A stretch of DNA of 64,000 nt from a virus: the IMG/VR virus record IMGVR_UViG_3300045119_000157, positions 1 through 64,000 of that record; one strand, given 5' to 3'. The position numbers and the translations under genes are program-made. The notes beneath the pieces are model-generated. The model was not told the origin of the DNA, did no database searches, and saw nothing but the letters and a program-made list of their open reading frames with translations. How positions within the stretch are numbered: position 1 is the first letter of the stretch; the number at the start of each line of letters is the position of its first letter. Of the stretch, positions 45,930 through 56,895 are shown in pieces.

Positions 45930-48900
45930 TGGCGATCGAACAGGAACTCGTACTCGACGCTTCCAGCGCCGAGGACGTCATCGCTCAGATCGACTCGCAG
46001 CTTTCGCAGGTCAGCGAAACGTTCAAGGTCGGGTTGGCCGACGCGCTCAGCGTGCTCGGCCAGCCGATCGTCGCCCCCGTCACCGCTGACGTCACCGAGG
46101 CGCAGGCGCAGCTAGCGGAGATCCAGACTCCGCCGCCGGTCGACATCCCGGTCGTCACCGACCTCGCGACCGTCGCCACGGAGATAGCGGCACTGGACGA
46201 GCAGCCGCCGATCGACCTGGCTGTCGACGCGGTCACCGCCCCGGCGGAGCAGTCCCTCACGGACCTTCACGACCAGCCGGACGTGTCGATCACCGCGGAC
46301 GCGGACACGGCTACCGCCGCGGCGGACATCGCCGCGCTGAGTGATGTTCAAACGGTCGACGTGCTCGTCGATGCGGACACGTCATCGGCGGTCACCTCGA
46401 TCGCGGAGGTCACGGCGGAGACACCGTCGACTTCGGTCACCGTCACCGCTGACACCGCCGACGCGACTGCCGCGATCGAGACGCTCGGGTCGGAGTCCGT
46501 CACCGCGATGGTCACCGCTGAAGCGGACACGTCGTCGGCGCAGGAGCAGCTATCCCTCCTGGACTCGCAGCCCGAGATCGTCGTTCCCGCTACGGCGGAC
46601 ACGTCCGCGGCGGAGACAGAGATCGCAGCGTTGCAGGCGCAACCGGACGTCACTGTCCCGGTCGACGCGAACACGGACGCGGCCGGGTCAGCCGTCGCAC
46701 AGTTCACGTCGGACGTGCCGACCGCGACGATCACGGTCGACGCGAACACCGACGCCGTGTCCGGCGACGTCGCCGCCGCGATCGGGGACATCCCGCAGGC
46801 GAACATCGACATTTCTGCGACGGTCGATGACTCGCAGGCCGTGTCGACGCTCGACTCGTTGCAGTCTCCGCCGCCGGTCGTGGTGCCAGTCGAGGCGGAT
46901 GACACGGCAGCGCAGGCCGCGATCGAGACGCTTCAGGCTCAACCGTCGGTCACGGTCACAGTCGAAGCCGACACGTCAGCGGCGGTCACCACTGTCAGCG
47001 ACTTCCAGTCGCAGCAGCCCGTCGTCATTCCCGTCGAGGCCGACGATTCGGCGGCGCAGACCACCATCGCGGGTCTAGCGGTCCAGCCGACCGTCACCGT
47101 TCCCGTCGAAGCCGACACTGGCACCGCTGCCGCGCAGATCGCTGACGTCGCTGGGAACACACCGTCGGCGTCCATCACGGTCGACGCGGACGTGTCCGCC
47201 GTGCCAGGCGAGATCGCTGACGCGTTCGGGAACCTCCCCGGCGCCGACGTGGTCATCACCGCCACAGCCGACACCGCCGACGCGACCGCCGAGATCAGCG
47301 CGCTCCAAGCGCAGCCGCCCATCACTGTCCCTGTCGAAGCGGACGTGTCCGGTGCCGTCTCCACCATCGACGAACTTCAGTCGCAGGCCACCATCACTGT
47401 CCCGGTCGAGGCGGACACCGCGAACGCTGCGGCGTCGCTCGACGCGTTGCAGGCGCAGCCGACGGTCACCGTCGAGACGACGGTCGATGACGCTGCCGCC
47501 GCCGCGGTCCTCGACTCACTTCAGACGCAGCCGACTGTCATCATTTCTGTTGAAGCGGATGATACGGCCGCCGCCGCGGTGCTGGAAACGTTGCAGTCCG
47601 AGCCGCCGGTCGTGCTCTCCGTCGAAGCCGACGATGCGGCCGCGGCGGCGGTGCTGGCCGGACTCGAACAGCCGCCGACCGTCACCGTCGAAGTCGACGC
47701 GAACATCGACGCGGCGTCGCAGGTCATCGACGGGCTACAAGCGCAGCAGCCCGTGTCGGTGGTGGTCGACGCGGACGTCACACAGGCGTCGTCCGCGATC
47801 GAGTCGCTTCAGGCGGTCACACCCGTCGATGTGCCCGTCATCGCGGACACCGGAGAAGCGTCAGCGTCGCTGGACACGCTTCAGGCGCAGCCGACGATCG
47901 TGGTCCCAGTCGACGCGGACACCGCGCAGATCACCGGAGCGATCGACGGGCTACAAGCGCAGCCTCCCGTCACGGTCCCTGTGGATGCGGACGTGTCCAG
48001 CGCGGACGCCACGATCGCCGGGTTACAGACGCAGGAAGCGGTCACGGTCCCCGTCGAAGCGGACATTGCCGGTGCCGACGCGACGCTCGCTGACCTTGCT
48101 GCGCCGCCGCCGATCGTCGTCACCGCTGACACTTCAGCCGTCCCCGGCGAAGTCGAGGATGTCGTCGGGAACCTTCCGAGCGGCACTGTCGATGTCACCG
48201 CTGTCATCGACGACGCGGAAGCGTCCGCCGCTCTCGACGCGCTCCACACGCAGCCGCCCGTCGACCTGTCCGCCACAGTCGACGACAGCGAAGCCGTCAC
48301 CGTCCTCGACGCGTTGCAGGCGCAGCCGACAGTGCAGGTGCCTGTCGAAGCGGACACGGTCGACGCGACCGCCGCGCTCGACGCCCTTCAGTCACAGCCG
48401 ACCGTCTCGATCACCGCCGACGCGGATACGGCCAGCGCCGTCGCGTCGCTCCACGAACTTGACGCTCAGCCGCCCGTCACCGTCATCGTGGACGCGGACA
48501 CGTCCACCGCGGCCACGACTATCGCGGCGCTCGAAGCGCAGCCGCCGGTCATCATCCAAGTCGAAGCGGACGACGCCGCAGCCGCCGCTTCCATCGCGGC
48601 GCTCGACGTCCAGTCGCCGATCATCATCCCCGTCGAAGCGGACACCGCTGTCGCCGACAGTGAGATCCAGCAGACGCAGTCCGACGCCGGACAGCAGCTA
48701 ACCATCCCGGTCGACGCGGACACGTCCACGGCTGACACCGAGATCGCAGCCGTCGCGGACACGGTGCCGTCGGCCACGATCCCGGTCGACGCGGACGTCA
48801 CCGCCGCCGAATCAGCGATCACCACGACCGCGGACACGGTGCCGTCAGCGGTCATCCCGGTCGACGCGGACACGTCCGCTGCGCTGTCCAGCCTGGACGA

Positions 48901-51900
48901 GGTCCGGTCCGTGGCGGAGCAGACGCTCACCGCTCCCGTCACGGCGGACACTTCCGAAGCCGAACAGCTAATCCTCGGGCTTGATAACCCGGACCCCATC
49001 GTGGTCCCCGTCACGGCGGACACGACCGAAGCGATCACAGAAATCCAGGCCGCGCAGGACGAAGCACAGCAGCCGGTCGACATCCCGGTCACAGCAGACA
49101 CGTCCGGCGCATCATCCGGTGTCGATGCCCTGAAGGGTTCCGTGACCGGCCTCGGTGCCGCAGTCGGGATCGGTGAAGGCTCGGTCAAGGGACTCATCGG
49201 AGCGTTCGGTGACATGGGACCGGCCGCGGAGGCCACGGCGGGCGGTGTCCTCGCGGTCGGCGCGGCGACGGCCGCGTTCTTCAGCCACGGCCTCGACGCC
49301 GTGTCTGCTGGACAGCATTTCGATCTAATCCTCGGTGACCTCGCGGAGTCGGCGCAGCACGTAAACGTCCTCGGGCTGAACACCTCTCTCGACCAGTTGG
49401 GGATCACGTTCGGGTCGACCGGCTCGCAGATGGAGAACGCCACCTCGAAGCTCGTGCAGTTCGCGGTGAACAGCGGCAAGTCGAAGGATCAGGCGCTTCA
49501 GTTCGCGCAGAACATCACGGCACTGTCAGCGCGTGCGATCTCGCTGAACCCGGCACTCGGTGATCTAGCGGACGTTACCGACAGTCTCGGTCTACGAATC
49601 GGTCGAGGCGGACGGTTCGCTCAACAGTTCGGTCTCGACCTTTCGACAGCGGAAATCCAGACCCGAGCGTTCTCGGACACAGGCAAGTCGTCGGCGTCGG
49701 ATCTGACGTTCATGGAGAAGGCGATCGCGGCCACCGAAGTCGCGGCCGAGAAATACGGCGGCACGCTCGCCGGGACCGTCGCTGCTGGATCCCATAACGC
49801 TGCTATCGAACTCGAATCGCTGAAGGCGTCCTTCACGGAAGCGGCCGAGAAGATCGGTGAACCGCTCGTCGCTCCGGTCATCGCGCTCCTTCAGCAGAGC
49901 ATCCCGATCGCGGAGGAGTTCGGGCAGACCCTCGGGTTAGTCGCTGAGGACGTGCTCCCTATCTTGCAGGCCGCGCTCGACGCGATCGGACCGCCGATCG
50001 GGCTGATCGCTGACGCACTCCAACTCGTGAACCCGGCGCTCGAAGCGTTCGCGAACGTGATCGGGAGCATCCCCGCCCCGATCATCGACGCTGGCGTCGC
50101 TATCGCCGCTCTCGTCGTCGGGTCGGACATTCTCGTCGGTGTCTTCCTCTCGATCCCCGAACTGATCGCAGGAGCGTTCGCCGCGATCGGTGGAGTGATC
50201 GACTCGGCCGTGGTCGCGATCGCTGCGGCTAACCCGGTGATCCTCGGGATCGCTGCGGCCATCGCGGTCGTCGTCTCCGCGATCAGCATCTTCGACGGGT
50301 CACTGTTCGGGGAGACGAAGTTCCACGATGACGTCACCGACGCCATCGACAGGCAGGTCACGTCCCTCAGCGATCTGAGCACCGCGACCCGAGACAGCGT
50401 CGAAGCGACCGTGGACACCGCAGCCAAGACCGGCGACTTCGCCGATCGTCTGAACGCGGCAGGCGTGTCCATCGACGACCTCACGAACGCGCTCATCGAC
50501 GGCGGCGACGCGTTCAAGACCTATGCCGACAAGATCCTGATCGCCGCGATCGCTAACGGGGCGAGCTTCGACACCGTCAAGAACCTCGCCGGTGAACTAC
50601 AGCACCTAAAGCAGGAGACGGAAGACACCGCACAGTCGACCCTCGACCATGCTGTCGCGGCTAAGCAGATCACAGCTGAACAGGAAAAGCAGGAGATCGC
50701 CACGCACGGCGTCGTCGGCGCGCTCGCTGATCTTCAGCCGCAGATCGACGCGGCGACGCAAGGCCAGAAGGACCAGGCCGACGCGGCCGCGGCGAACGTG
50801 CAGCAGCAGAACAAGCTCACCGACGCATACAACGCGCTCGGCACCGCAGCCCCGGCGGTAGCCGCATCCCTCGCCGCGATCGCGTCGAGTTCGGCGGACA
50901 CGAGCAGCGCGCTCGGGTTCTTCGCGATCTCGGTGCAGCAAGCGAACCTTTCCACCGATCAGTTGCAGGCCGTGGCGGACCACCTCGGGGTCAGCGTCGA
51001 CCAGCTAAAGGCGTTCGTGAAGGGAGTGAACGACGAACTCGACAACTTCGTGAAGGGCGCCACCTCGAAGCTGCCGACGATCCAGACAGCCATCGACGAC
51101 GCGCTCGATCCGTCGAAGCGCCCGAAGCCGGTGATCGTCGACCCGAAGGCGCTGGAAGCCCAGTTCCAACAGGTGATCGATGACACCAACGCGTTCAATC
51201 TTCGGATCGCGTTCCTTCAGCAGCAGGGGTTCAACAACCTCGCGGGCGCGGCCGCTACCGCGGGACCGGAGTTCACTAAGGGTCTTGTCGATGCGATCCA
51301 GTCGGGCGGACCGGATGTCGGTGCGGCGATGGATAAGACCGTCGGCGCGGCGAATCAGGTGGTGGCGAATGAGCCGGACAAGCTGCGGACGGCCGGGTTC
51401 CAGATCATCGACGCGACGGGTCAGATCTTCTCGACTGCGGCGGCGACGATCGGTCCGAACTTCACGGTCGCGAAGGGTGTCCAGACCGGACTCGATACGG
51501 CAGCGTCGGTCCTGTTCGGTAACACGTCCGTGTCCGGTGCGGCTCAAACGTCAGCGCAGAACACGGCGGCGGCGTACAGCGCCGGGATGACGCTCGACCA
51601 AGCCGTCCAGAACGGACTCGTTCAAGCCGGGAAAGTCTTCGGGGGACCGGACGCCATCGTCGCTGGACAGTCCGCAGAGAAGGCCGCCGAGGCGATGGCG
51701 CAGAGCTTCGGGCAAGGTCTGACGTTGGAGCAGTCCGTCGAACTGGGACTCACGACAGTCGGGACCGTGTTCGGCGGTCCGAGCGCGAACGTGGCGGGCC
51801 AGTCCGCGCAGACCGCTGCGGCGAACGTCGCGGCTAGCTGGGGTGACGGTCTGACGTTGGAGCAGGCGACGGAACTCGGCATCCAGAACGTGCCCGGTGT

Positions 51901-53380
51901 CATCAAGAAGTCGACGGACTCGTCCGTCGCCCCGGCTGCTCAGGCGGCGGGAACGCAGACGGCGGGGAGTTTCAGTACCGGACTCGCCGGGGCGCCCGGC
52001 CAGGCGCAGCAGGTGTTCACTCAGGTCGGTACGGGCATCGTCGGGTCCGCTGAACCTCTGAGCATCCTGGCTGCGACGGCCGGAGGAATCATCGGGAAGG
52101 AGTTCTCGAAGGGTGTCGGGTCCGGCATCTCTGACGCGGACAGTGTGAACACGTCCGGCACGAACCTGATCGACGCGATGGTCGAGATCTTCACTCCGCA
52201 GGCGACCGCGGCGGGCACGTTCATCGGGGCGGTGTTCGATAACGGCATCGGTGCTGGTATCGGTGATGCGGGCACGATCGGCGCGCAGGGGACGACCCTG
52301 TTCGATGCGATGGCGGAGGTGTTCACGCCGGAGGCGGTAGCGGCGGGCACGACGGTCGGAGCGGCGTTCGTTGGCGGCATGTCCCTCGGGATCGCGACGA
52401 CAGGCGATATCGGTCCGCAGGGCATCGCTGTGATCGACGCGACGTCTCAGGTGCTTTCCGTCACGGCTATGGCCGACGGGCGTCTCGTCGGTTTGGCGTT
52501 CGACGCTGGCATCGGTGCGGGACTGATCGAACGGTCCGGTGCCGTGTCGGCCGTCGCTCAGGCTGAGATCGAGATCGCGGCGACGAGCGCTGGGCACACG
52601 GCAGAGGAGGGCGGCGTCCTCGTCGGGAGGATCTACTCCGAAGCGACGGCTGTGGGCATCGAGTCGCAGGGCAACTTCGTGGAACAGGCCGCGCAGGACA
52701 CGATCGGCGCGGCAGCGATCGACGCCGGGAACTTCGCGGGCGCGGCGGGCATCCTCGTCGGCCGCACGTTCGATGAGGGCGTCACCGTCGGAATGGTGCA
52801 GCAGGTCGGGAACATCGCCGGGATCGCGGATGAGGTGACCGCCGCCGCGGCCGGATCCGCGGCCGGGTTCGCGTTCCAGGCGGGACGGTTCGTCGGCGGC
52901 GAGTTCGACCTCGGCCTGGCCGAGGGCATGATCCAGTTCTCGGGCGGCGTGCAGCAGGCCGCGGCGGCAGCGGTGAACGCAGCCGAAGCAGCAGCGCGGG
53001 CGGCGGCGGGCGCTCATTCCCCGTCGCTGCTGTTCGCTGAACTCGGGAAGGACATCAGCGACGGCATCGCCGCCGGGATCACGTCCCGCCAGTCCGCGGT
53101 GACATCCGCCGTGTCCGGTGTCGTGAAGGCCGCAGCGAACACGCCGGTCACGGCGGTCGCGTCAGTGCCGTTCACCGGGCTTCAGGCGGCGGCGGGATCC
53201 GCGGCGACAGGCGACGCGCCGGTCACGATCGGTCCCTTCACCATTGACGTGCAGGCACCGCCGGGGATGACGACACAGCAGGCAGCCGCACTCGGGCAGA
53301 CCATCGGAGACTCGATCGTGGACCGGATCACACCCGCAGCGGCACGCCGGTTGACGACCGCTACACGGGTCGCGTCCTGA
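45929..53380 (+). CDS. tape measure protein
   Basis: 2483 aa, Ala-rich, central hydrophobic segments, C-terminal HSPS motif; follows the chaperones. Confidence 0.88.
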   Translation: MAIEQELVLDASSAEDVIAQIDSQLSQVSETFKVGLADALSVLGQPIVAPVTADVTEAQAQLAEIQTPPPVDIPVVTDLATVATEIAALDEQPPIDLAVDAVTAPAEQSLTDLHDQPDVSITADADTATAAADIAALSDVQTVDVLVDADTSSAVTSIAEVTAETPSTSVTVTADTADATAAIETLGSESVTAMVTAEADTSSAQEQLSLLDSQPEIVVPATADTSAAETEIAALQAQPDVTVPVDANTDAAGSAVAQFTSDVPTATITVDANTDAVSGDVAAAIGDIPQANIDISATVDDSQAVSTLDSLQSPPPVVVPVEADDTAAQAAIETLQAQPSVTVTVEADTSAAVTTVSDFQSQQPVVIPVEADDSAAQTTIAGLAVQPTVTVPVEADTGTAAAQIADVAGNTPSASITVDADVSAVPGEIADAFGNLPGADVVITATADTADATAEISALQAQPPITVPVEADVSGAVSTIDELQSQATITVPVEADTANAAASLDALQAQPTVTVETTVDDAAAAAVLDSLQTQPTVIISVEADDTAAAAVLETLQSEPPVVLSVEADDAAAAAVLAGLEQPPTVTVEVDANIDAASQVIDGLQAQQPVSVVVDADVTQASSAIESLQAVTPVDVPVIADTGEASASLDTLQAQPTIVVPVDADTAQITGAIDGLQAQPPVTVPVDADVSSADATIAGLQTQEAVTVPVEADIAGADATLADLAAPPPIVVTADTSAVPGEVEDVVGNLPSGTVDVTAVIDDAEASAALDALHTQPPVDLSATVDDSEAVTVLDALQAQPTVQVPVEADTVDATAALDALQSQPTVSITADADTASAVASLHELDAQPPVTVIVDADTSTAATTIAALEAQPPVIIQVEADDAAAAASIAALDVQSPIIIPVEADTAVADSEIQQTQSDAGQQLTIPVDADTSTADTEIAAVADTVPSATIPVDADVTAAESAITTTADTVPSAVIPVDADTSAALSSLDEVRSVAEQTLTAPVTADTSEAEQLILGLDNPDPIVVPVTADTTEAITEIQAAQDEAQQPVDIPVTADTSGASSGVDALKGSVTGLGAAVGIGEGSVKGLIGAFGDMGPAAEATAGGVLAVGAATAAFFSHGLDAVSAGQHFDLILGDLAESAQHVNVLGLNTSLDQLGITFGSTGSQMENATSKLVQFAVNSGKSKDQALQFAQNITALSARAISLNPALGDLADVTDSLGLRIGRGGRFAQQFGLDLSTAEIQTRAFSDTGKSSASDLTFMEKAIAATEVAAEKYGGTLAGTVAAGSHNAAIELESLKASFTEAAEKIGEPLVAPVIALLQQSIPIAEEFGQTLGLVAEDVLPILQAALDAIGPPIGLIADALQLVNPALEAFANVIGSIPAPIIDAGVAIAALVVGSDILVGVFLSIPELIAGAFAAIGGVIDSAVVAIAAANPVILGIAAAIAVVVSAISIFDGSLFGETKFHDDVTDAIDRQVTSLSDLSTATRDSVEATVDTAAKTGDFADRLNAAGVSIDDLTNALIDGGDAFKTYADKILIAAIANGASFDTVKNLAGELQHLKQETEDTAQSTLDHAVAAKQITAEQEKQEIATHGVVGALADLQPQIDAATQGQKDQADAAAANVQQQNKLTDAYNALGTAAPAVAASLAAIASSSADTSSALGFFAISVQQANLSTDQLQAVADHLGVSVDQLKAFVKGVNDELDNFVKGATSKLPTIQTAIDDALDPSKRPKPVIVDPKALEAQFQQVIDDTNAFNLRIAFLQQQGFNNLAGAAATAGPEFTKGLVDAIQSGGPDVGAAMDKTVGAANQVVANEPDKLRTAGFQIIDATGQIFSTAAATIGPNFTVAKGVQTGLDTAASVLFGNTSVSGAAQTSAQNTAAAYSAGMTLDQAVQNGLVQAGKVFGGPDAIVAGQSAEKAAEAMAQSFGQGLTLEQSVELGLTTVGTVFGGPSANVAGQSAQTAAANVAASWGDGLTLEQATELGIQNVPGVIKKSTDSSVAPAAQAAGTQTAGSFSTGLAGAPGQAQQVFTQVGTGIVGSAEPLSILAATAGGIIGKEFSKGVGSGISDADSVNTSGTNLIDAMVEIFTPQATAAGTFIGAVFDNGIGAGIGDAGTIGAQGTTLFDAMAEVFTPEAVAAGTTVGAAFVGGMSLGIATTGDIGPQGIAVIDATSQVLSVTAMADGRLVGLAFDAGIGAGLIERSGAVSAVAQAEIEIAATSAGHTAEEGGVLVGRIYSEATAVGIESQGNFVEQAAQDTIGAAAIDAGNFAGAAGILVGRTFDEGVTVGMVQQVGNIAGIADEVTAAAAGSAAGFAFQAGRFVGGEFDLGLAEGMIQFSGGVQQAAAAAVNAAEAAARAAAGAHSPSLLFAELGKDISDGIAAGITSRQSAVTSAVSGVVKAAANTPVTAVASVPFTGLQAAAGSAATGDAPVTIGPFTIDVQAPPGMTTQQAAALGQTIGDSIVDRITPAAARRLTTATRVAS

Positions 53381-53381
53381 C

Positions 53382-55730
53382 ATGCCCGGCAACGTTTGGA
53401 ACCCGGCTGCACCTTCGATCCTCGGGTTCGAATGGCTCGTCGACACGTACGGCACGACGGGTGTCCCGTACGCGCAGCGGATCCGGTCGACGGGAGCGGA
53501 GACGATCAACCGTCTCGACTCGCTCGCCGGTCCGACCGTGTCGGACTCGTCGCGGCTTTTCGCCGAGATCATCACGGCGGGAAACGAGGTCCCGTCCGGC
53601 AGCGTGCAGGTCGCGAAGTACGAGCCGAACAGTGACGTCCTCGTCACGAACTGGACGTCCTCGGGGCTGACGACGACGAACCTGTACACGTTCATCGACG
53701 AGGGCGTCGACACGTACAACGTGGCCGACTGGATCACCGCTCCCGGCTCCCTGGCGAACAGCTACAAGATGTCGTTCGGGTCGGCCGGGTTCTCGTCGTC
53801 GGCGCGGGTGCTGAACGTGACGTTCCGGATGCGTGCCGCGGTGCAGTCCGCGGGCGGCGGCATCGTGGAGGTGTCGTTCATGCAGCGCGCCAGCGGGACA
53901 CGCTGGAAGCCGTTCGGGTGGCAGGCGTCATGCTCCGCGATCTACTCCGCGTCGCAGCTATTCGAAATCGACCTCGGGGAAGTGAACCCGGCGACCGGGC
54001 TGCCGTGGACGCCCGTCGACATTCAGGGGTTCGACAACGGCACGTCGGTCAACTGCATGGAGTTGGAGGCGGCGTCGGGGAACCCGGCGAACGTGATCGT
54101 GATCGCGTGCGAGCTTCAGGTCACCTACCAGACGGTCGAGAACCGGGTCGCGTGCGCGGTGCGGAAGAAGTCGGACACGGTGAACAGGTTCCCGGCGTTC
54201 TGTGCGCTCCCGACGGCGGGCGCGACGTGGGCGAAGCCAGCGTCCGGTGACTTCACGGTCATGTACCGGCAGCCGCACGACACGTTCGGTCCCGTGTCAC
54301 CGCAGCAGTTCACGCTTCAATGGTTGGCGTCAGCGACGCAGGATTGTGTCGTGCCCGGTGTCGTGTCCGCGTATCCGTCCGTCGACATGTACGGGCAGAT
54401 AACCGCGGTCGACTTCACCGGGGCGACGAACTCGCGCACGAACGCTGTGCTGCTGTGGAACAGCGGTCCCGCGATCTCGAACGATTCGCTCCCGTACGCG
54501 CTCGCGACTGACACGGCGCACGGCCCGTACATCGACGCGTTCACCACGATCCAGCAGACCTTCACGGGCGGGACGGGCAGCTACTCGTTCATCAAGCTGA
54601 TCCTCGACCCGCAGGCCGCGACGGCGGCGCTGCTAGTGAAGATCAAACGGGTCAGCGACAACGCACAGTTCGGTTCGACGATCACGATCCAGGCGAACGA
54701 CGTGGCGCTCGACACGCCGACAGCGGGGAACTGGCGGGTGTGGACGGACACGTTCCTCACTCCGGCCACGCTCGTCGCGGGGACGCGGTATTACGTCGAG
54801 TTGTCGACGGCGGACATCAGCCCGTTCGGTACCGGGTGGCACACGGTCCTGTCCGGTGACAGCGGCCTCGCGGGCGGACCGGCGACGTTCCAGGGGACCA
54901 CCGATTTCGCGATCGTGGCGGGCGTGTCGAAGACCGATTTCGACATGCCGTTCAAGCTGATCATCCCGCCCGCCGCGCCGACTGGCCTGCTCGCCGCGAT
55001 CACGCAGACCACGAACCACATCAACGCTCCCATGCAGGGCTGCGTCCCCGGCACCATCTCCGCAGCGGTCGTCGGGTGGACTGGCACTGCGCTCGGCGGC
55101 GGGTTCGGCGCATACCGGCTTCAGCGGGGCGTCGCGTCGGAGGGGATATGGGCCGACATTGCGGTCATCAACGAGGAGTCGACGCACACCTTCACCGACT
55201 ACGAACTGGTCCGCACCGTCGAGCAGCAGTACCGGCTCCGTGTCGAACGGAGCGACGGTGTCACGTCCGCCTGGTCCGCTCCGTCGTCGTCAGTGGTGGC
55301 TCCGGTGACGGGCTGCGAAATGCTGTTCGTGTCGAACGTCGACCCGCTCCTCAACTGCGCGTACGACTACGAGCCAGGGTTGGAGTACACGTTCGTCGCT
55401 CCGCAGCGGGATGAGATCGTCGAGATCTACGGGTCGAACTTCGCGGTCGCGTTCATGGAACCCGAGGACGCTGGCATCACCATCGCGGCACGGCTCGTCG
55501 TGAACTTCGGGGTCGTGCCGAACGTGCGGGACGTGTCGATCTTTGACCCGATCCGGGTCATCAGCCGTGCACCGTTGCCGTACGTGTGCGTCATGGACTA
55601 CGTCGGGAACCAGTTCTTCGCTCACGTCCAGCTAATGAAGGGCGAGTGGGACGCCCCGAACGCGCACTCGTACCACGGCGATATTCAGATAACGCAGGTG
55701 TCAGGCATCCCGTCCCCCGCGGTCATCTGA
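53382..55730 (+). CDS. minor tail protein
   Basis: Directly after TMP; beta-rich with an FN3-like region (PPAAPTGL...YRLRV...SAWS). Confidence 0.7.
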   Translation: MPGNVWNPAAPSILGFEWLVDTYGTTGVPYAQRIRSTGAETINRLDSLAGPTVSDSSRLFAEIITAGNEVPSGSVQVAKYEPNSDVLVTNWTSSGLTTTNLYTFIDEGVDTYNVADWITAPGSLANSYKMSFGSAGFSSSARVLNVTFRMRAAVQSAGGGIVEVSFMQRASGTRWKPFGWQASCSAIYSASQLFEIDLGEVNPATGLPWTPVDIQGFDNGTSVNCMELEAASGNPANVIVIACELQVTYQTVENRVACAVRKKSDTVNRFPAFCALPTAGATWAKPASGDFTVMYRQPHDTFGPVSPQQFTLQWLASATQDCVVPGVVSAYPSVDMYGQITAVDFTGATNSRTNAVLLWNSGPAISNDSLPYALATDTAHGPYIDAFTTIQQTFTGGTGSYSFIKLILDPQAATAALLVKIKRVSDNAQFGSTITIQANDVALDTPTAGNWRVWTDTFLTPATLVAGTRYYVELSTADISPFGTGWHTVLSGDSGLAGGPATFQGTTDFAIVAGVSKTDFDMPFKLIIPPAAPTGLLAAITQTTNHINAPMQGCVPGTISAAVVGWTGTALGGGFGAYRLQRGVASEGIWADIAVINEESTHTFTDYELVRTVEQQYRLRVERSDGVTSAWSAPSSSVVAPVTGCEMLFVSNVDPLLNCAYDYEPGLEYTFVAPQRDEIVEIYGSNFAVAFMEPEDAGITIAARLVVNFGVVPNVRDVSIFDPIRVISRAPLPYVCVMDYVGNQFFAHVQLMKGEWDAPNAHSYHGDIQITQVSGIPSPAVI

Positions 55731-55731
55731 C

Positions 55732-56895
55732 GTGTCGACGTACGGTGAGCCGGGATGGACGTACGGCCAATTGCTCGTCAACTACGGCGGGCAGGCGATC
55801 ATCGACATTCTCCCGATCGTCCCCGGCACGCCGTTCGGTGACGACGAACTCCTCGACTTCCTGAACGGTGTCCGCCAGCGGGTCGACACGTTCCGGTTCG
55901 ACCTCGTGGACGGGCAGGGCAACGCGTACGGGCAGCTACACCCGATCCGCAGCAGCCAGGCCGTGTCGATCGACAACGACACGACGCGTGGGATCTTCCG
56001 GACGATGACGAACTTCAACTTGACCGCATCGGAGGAGTCCGCCGTCGACACGGAACGCGACTTCGTGCGGCCGGTGATGGTGCTTCAGAACGGGAAAGAG
56101 TTCCCGCTCGGGACGTTCCTGTTCACGGATGCGTCGCGGCCGCGAATGTCGTGGGGGTTGGAGTTGGCCGGGACGCTCGGGGATCAGGGCACGATCCTCG
56201 ATCAGGAGATCGGGCGCAGCTACTCGATCCCGGTCGGGTCGCCTGTCATCGCGTCAGCGGTGCAGGTCGCGCGTGAAGTGTTGACGTGCCCGATCTTCGC
56301 TCAGGCCGTCGGGACCACGAACGCGCAGCCGATGGCGTGGAAGCTGAACGACACCCGGCTGAAGATCATCACGGACATCTGCACGCTGTGCGGGTTCCTG
56401 CCGCCGTACTTCGACAACACCGGGAGCCTGATTCTGCGGCCGGTGCCGTACCCGCCGGTCACGTCGAACATCCCGGCGTACGAGGCGGACACCCGGATCA
56501 TCAAGGACTCGATCCTTCAGTCGGAGGAGCAGCTACGCGCACCGAACAGGTACATCGCGTACGACTCGGGGACGTCAGCGACGCCGGTCGTGGCGATCTT
56601 CGACATTCCGGCGTCAGCGCCGAACTCGTACGCGAACCGTGGGTTCCGGGTCACGAAGTCGACCGGCATCCAGGGGCTTGCGACACCGGCCGCGGCGCTG
56701 GCGGCGGCAACGTCGGCGGCGTACCGGGATCCGGATCAGCACACGCAGGTCACGTTCGAGTCGACGCTCGACCCGCGGCATGACACGTTCGAGGTGGTCA
56801 CGTTCCTCGGTGACCTGTACCGCGAGTTCTCGTGGTCGATGGACCTGCAAGCGGGCGGGCACATGAAGCATTCGCTGCGGAGGATCTACGGGTGA
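55732..56895 (+). CDS. minor tail (hub-like) protein
   Basis: EFPLGTF, YFDNTGSLILRP, PNRY, DPRH. Confidence 0.7.
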   Translation: MSTYGEPGWTYGQLLVNYGGQAIIDILPIVPGTPFGDDELLDFLNGVRQRVDTFRFDLVDGQGNAYGQLHPIRSSQAVSIDNDTTRGIFRTMTNFNLTASEESAVDTERDFVRPVMVLQNGKEFPLGTFLFTDASRPRMSWGLELAGTLGDQGTILDQEIGRSYSIPVGSPVIASAVQVAREVLTCPIFAQAVGTTNAQPMAWKLNDTRLKIITDICTLCGFLPPYFDNTGSLILRPVPYPPVTSNIPAYEADTRIIKDSILQSEEQLRAPNRYIAYDSGTSATPVVAIFDIPASAPNSYANRGFRVTKSTGIQGLATPAAALAAATSAAYRDPDQHTQVTFESTLDPRHDTFEVVTFLGDLYREFSWSMDLQAGGHMKHSLRRIYG

